Origin: Utricularia gibba
Taxonomy: Eukaryota; Plantae; Magnoliophyta
Assembly (NCBI GenBank): GCA_002189035.1
Contig: CM007989.1
Coordinates: 7,502,001-7,566,000 of the forward strand
Reading direction: 5' to 3'
Length of the DNA stretch: 64,000 nt
In this document: positions 62,377 to 64,000 of the stretch, in pieces
Layout of the letters: every line of letters begins with the position of its first letter
Numbering within the stretch: the first letter of the stretch is position 1
Position numbers and translations under genes: made by a program
Notes under the pieces: model-generated
What the model was told of the DNA's origin: nothing
Seen by the model: the letters and a program-made list of their open reading frames with translations, nothing else
The model's database searches: none

Positions 62377-64000
62377 CTAATATGGCCTGTATCGCGTGAA
62401 GGGGCGCCTATATCTTGGAAACCTCCTGCAAGAGAGACAGACCGCTTATGGGCACGCACAGTTGCAGCAAGATAAAGCATAAAGCACAGAAGGGTGTTAC
62501 AATGAGCACAAGAACAGTCAATTGAATATTAGGTATCTCGCTCAAGTTGTTCTATTTGACATGCAAGATCTGTGCTACTCACCCATAACCATATGGAGGG
62601 TAGGCCGGTGAAGGGATGAAGGGCCTCCTCGATCCAAAGTAGGGATTTGGACGCCTTCCTCTTAACTGCTTCATTCCAGGAACGTTTGTTCTTTTGGCAG
62701 ACACCTGCAAGACCAGAAGAGATAAGGCTGGTTGTCGGAGGGACAAACGCCTGACTGATCAGGTGTGCCACTGCAAACCTTTAGTTGACGGCCGTGCAAC
62801 TCAGATTCATTCAATAGTAAGGCGTTTTGGACGGACTCCACCTCCACAAATTCGACATAGGCAAATCCCTTAGGCTGAAAGTATTTGTCTGTCAGGATGG
62901 TGACCCTGTTCACGGTCCCACATGACTGAAAATGCTGCTGTACTTCCTCAGGTGTGCATGCATAGTCTACCTGCGCTTGAACACAAACCATCTTAGCTAG
63001 CAAAACATGTTCACCGTGTCAGTGGTTTCCCAAACGCTGAAAGTAGAAACAGTCAGCATCCAAGCCTAATAATACCCATTCACATTACAGGGTTCCCCCA
63101 TATTTTTTTTTAAAAAAATGACCTATGAAAATAACAGCATGAAACTCACATTACCGACGTAGATGGAACGTGAATCCACCTCTTCTTTCTCCACTTGGGA
63201 TGCAGAGGCTCCATTGGAATCATCTGATAAGGCGCCATAAAGGCCAAAAAATCAGCGTGACTAAACTGAAAACGGAATTAGTTTCGATAAAATTTCTACA
63301 GTATTTTACCAAACTCCGTCAAAATACATAACTTTGAATTAATTGCATTTTATGCAAATATGCGACTCCATTTAAGACAAGTGAAGCAACTGAATTTGAT
63401 ACTCGAGACTTGGGAGATTATCAATGCAGAAAGACATGTAGGAAAATACAAATGACGCCATGTCTCTAAAAACTTATGAGAGGCCACAGAGCTGTAATGA
63501 AGTTTGAGAGATCAAGTTGTTCCAAGTGATCACAAACTTGAAAAACTATCGTGAGCAATTGCATTCATGAAGAAAACACAGTTAACACCACATTTTTTTA
63601 ATGCAGCAGAATATACTCTCCGCATTCAGTCACATTGCATGCCTGTATTATTAAGGAGAATTTACGGAAGGTGAATCCATCCACCAAGATAAATCCAAAG
63701 GAAAGACTAGCAGTCATTCCAAATTCAGCCAAACCTTTTTTTACAACTAATCTTTATACCTAGAAGAAGTTTCTCGAATCATCTGGGTGCAAGAACGAAC
63801 CTTGAGGTATGCCCATTTCTTTCTGAACCTTGGCTTGCATTTCTCGAAGAGCACCTGCTTCCTCTTCAATCTCTTGCAATCTCTTCTTCATGCTCTCCAA
63901 CTCCATTCAAATAAGAGCACAACACAAACAATAAAAATGCACGTCACACTCGGTTATTTACATCCGCAAGCAGTGAACACTCTCTAAACGCATACCTCGG
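62377..64000 (-). CDS. PABN: Nuclear poly(A)-binding protein (PABN/PABP2), 5' end outside window
   Basis: [30 protein letters not shown]; [14 protein letters not shown]|[39 protein letters not shown]; |[13 protein letters not shown]; terminal exon [15 protein letters not shown]. Confidence 0.93.

Noticed and set aside
62529-62552. Possible alternative terminal exon in the last PABN intron
   Set aside because: Weak polypyrimidine tract; the canonical terminal exon (RYRPY*) is present downstream.

Overview
Eukaryotic (flowering-plant) nuclear DNA, unusually gene-dense: about 19 protein-coding genes and 1 clear pseudogene in 64 kb, with mostly short (~60-200 bp) GT-AG introns and short, very AT-rich spacers. 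This looks like a miniature plant genome, but the species cannot be determined from the sequence alone. Genes in order: class I TCP, SOC1/AGL42-like MADS, MAP65-3-like, AHL, a decayed FKBP53-type nucleoplasmin-PPIase pseudogene, LRR-RLK with an atypical kinase, RPS20, VND-type NAC, SKU5/SKS, vacuolar-type acid invertase with 9-nt mini-exon, STP hexose transporter, CBP3/UQCC1 chaperone, DUF676 lipase-like, SHAQKYF MYB, RABD2, small membrane protein, intronless SUVH, TONSOKU and PABN (5' end outside the window). No tRNA, rRNA, CRISPR or intact transposon was found. Main points for follow-up: (i) a vacuolar-clade invertase with a signal-peptide-like N-terminus, head-to-head with a hexose/H+ symporter; (ii) an FKBP53-like pseudogene with real nonsense substitutions; (iii) repeated -1 frameshifts at G/C homopolymers in otherwise intact genes, probably assembly error; (iv) a SUVH with an altered SRA pocket facing TONSOKU; (v) several unexplained, apparently spliced orphan transcription units. 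All family assignments come from recalled motifs, not database searches; exon boundaries were read by eye.
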